This document shows, in pieces, positions 15,183 to 16,471 of a DNA stretch of 16,471 bases. Origin of the DNA: Candidatus Bathyarchaeia archaeon (lineage in GTDB: Archaea > Thermoproteota > Bathyarchaeia > Bathyarchaeales > Bathycorpusculaceae). The stretch's first letter is position 1, and each line of letters opens with the position of its first letter. Under the pieces are notes generated by a model that was not told the DNA's origin, searched no databases, and was given only the letters and a program-made list of their open reading frames with translations. A program made the translations under genes and the position numbers. The stretch spans positions 1-16,471 of the forward strand of contig JBEKWR010000032.1 of assembly GCA_049512935.1 (NCBI GenBank), in the 5' to 3' direction.

Positions 15183-16471
15183 TTATGGTCGTTTTCTTAG
15201 GAGTAGTACCGTAGCTACTGCTAGTGCGATGATTATCACTATGATTGCTACTGCGATGTACATTGTAAGCTCTGATGTGCTGACGAGGTTTGATTGTGGC
15301 GTTGCGGTTGGCGCTGGTGTTGGGGCAGCTGCTTGAGCGTAGAAGGATGTTTCTGCTGTAGATCCGTAGTATGCTCCTGAACCTGCAAATGATGCGACCA
15401 CTGTGAAGTTGCCTGGGATGTCAGGTGCCCAAGATAGGCTGAACGCGCCGTTTTCATCAGTCATTGCCTGTCCGATTACTCTTGTGTTGCCGTTAGAGTC
15501 TCTTACGCTGACGGTGACTGGTACGCCTGTGAAGGTTGTTGGTTCTGGCTGCTGCATGTAAACGTACTGCATCCAAGCGCTCTGCATTGCATCAGATGCG
15601 ACTGGGACGCCGCTTGGAAAGTCTGCTGCTTGCTGAGCCTGCTTTGTGCCTGCAGATATGTCCATGACTGTGCCGCGTATCACAACTGGTACGCCCACAG
15701 TTGCAGCTATGTTTGGCGCCGTAACGGTTGTTGCGCTTGGTCCTTGACCGTAGCAGTCAATCTGCTGGTCATAGGTGTCGTCGACAACTCCGTAGCCGCT
15801 TGCGATTGCCATGTTGCCTCCGTACATCTGGTTGCCGTAGTCAGGGTTGCTCCATACTAGCAGTCCAGTGGTTGCGTTGACGCACCATACCTTGTAGTTC
15901 GGGTACAGTGGGCTGTTAGGTGAGTGTTCACTGCTGATGGTATAGACCATTCCGTCCGCAATGGTTGCGATGAACATTGGTGTTTGACCGTAGGGTAAGA
16001 AGTTCGCTGCTGTGCTGTTGTCTGGCGTGTTTCCGTTACCGAAGGTCCACAGTAGCGCGCCTGTCTTGTCGTTGAACGCGTAGAGGTCTCCGTCGTAGCC
16101 AGTCCAATATAGAGTTCCATAGGCAACGTTATCCTGTGAAGTCCCGTCTCCCGTGTACATCCAAGCAACGTTGTTGGTTGCTGGAGGATACACTGGACCC
16201 CACATGTATGCGCCAGTGCTGAGACTGTAGCCGTAGTGGTCTAAGCTTTCTTGGTCCCAGAAGATGAAGACGCCTGTGGTTGGATCCCATGCGCTGATGA
16301 TTCGGCTCAGGTTTCCTGGTGCCTGCGGATAAGTCTGCCACCAGTTTACGGCTCCGCTTGGGATTCCGTTGGCTCCGGCTGCTAGGCTTATTTCAGTGAT
16401 GTTTGCGTTGTAGGTTTCTGGTGTTGACATGAAGTCGCCGACGTGTGCTCCGAAGGTTCCCTGCGTGAGAA
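15183..16471 (-). CDS. Membrane-anchored PQQ-like beta-propeller surface protein, C-terminal part (5'-truncated by window)
   Basis: Frame is open to the window end (LTQGTFGAHVGDF-MST...). Propeller blades LYAFNDKTGALLWTFG, WCVNATTGLLVWS, YSLSTGAYMWGP. Ig-like C-terminal domain, Pro/Thr linker, TM helix and RKRP tail. Confidence 0.85.
   Translation of the reverse strand, partial: LTQGTFGAHVGDFMSTPETYNANITEISLAAGANGIPSGAVNWWQTYPQAPGNLSRIISAWDPTTGVFIFWDQESLDHYGYSLSTGAYMWGPVYPPATNNVAWMYTGDGTSQDNVAYGTLYWTGYDGDLYAFNDKTGALLWTFGNGNTPDNSTAANFLPYGQTPMFIATIADGMVYTISSEHSPNSPLYPNYKVWCVNATTGLLVWSNPDYGNQMYGGNMAIASGYGVVDDTYDQQIDCYGQGPSATTVTAPNIAATVGVPVVIRGTVMDISAGTKQAQQAADFPSGVPVASDAMQSAWMQYVYMQQPEPTTFTGVPVTVSVRDSNGNTRVIGQAMTDENGAFSLSWAPDIPGNFTVVASFAGSGAYYGSTAETSFYAQAAAPTPAPTATPQSNLVSTSELTMYIAVAIIVIIIALAVATVLLLRKRP

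Noticed and set aside
1-16471. CRISPR arrays, tRNA/rRNA genes, transposases or integrases
   Set aside because: No regularly spaced repeats, cloverleaf or rRNA-like segments, or recombinase motifs seen by eye. The 34-bp repeat occurs only twice and is coding-derived.

Overview
Archaeal chromosomal segment. TBP, pelota, archaeal deoxyhypusine synthases, TATA promoters with apparently leaderless starts and a membrane-anchored PQQ-like beta-propeller surface protein suggest Bathyarchaeia/TACK; this taxonomy is inferred. Gene order: end of a complex-I-like/membrane oxidoreductase operon (nuoL partial, nuoM, nuoN-like), a divergent DHS paralog (+), a decayed copy of the dys 3' end, a wHTH-MNT/HEPN toxin-antitoxin-like pair, canonical dys (-), proA-proB (-), K+-independent H+-PPase hppA, pelota, tbp, a COG2413-like nucleotidyltransferase (-) and a partial beta-propeller surface protein (-). 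The main hidden structure is a ~1.47 kb insertion carrying the MNT-HEPN module. It is bracketed by a perfect 34-bp direct repeat that encodes the DHS catalytic motif (EAVSWGKISEK), and a frameshifted second dys tail lies on its far side. The module promoter carries a three-half-site palindromic operator. The last antiporter-like subunit has acidic residues in place of conserved proton-pathway Lys/His residues.
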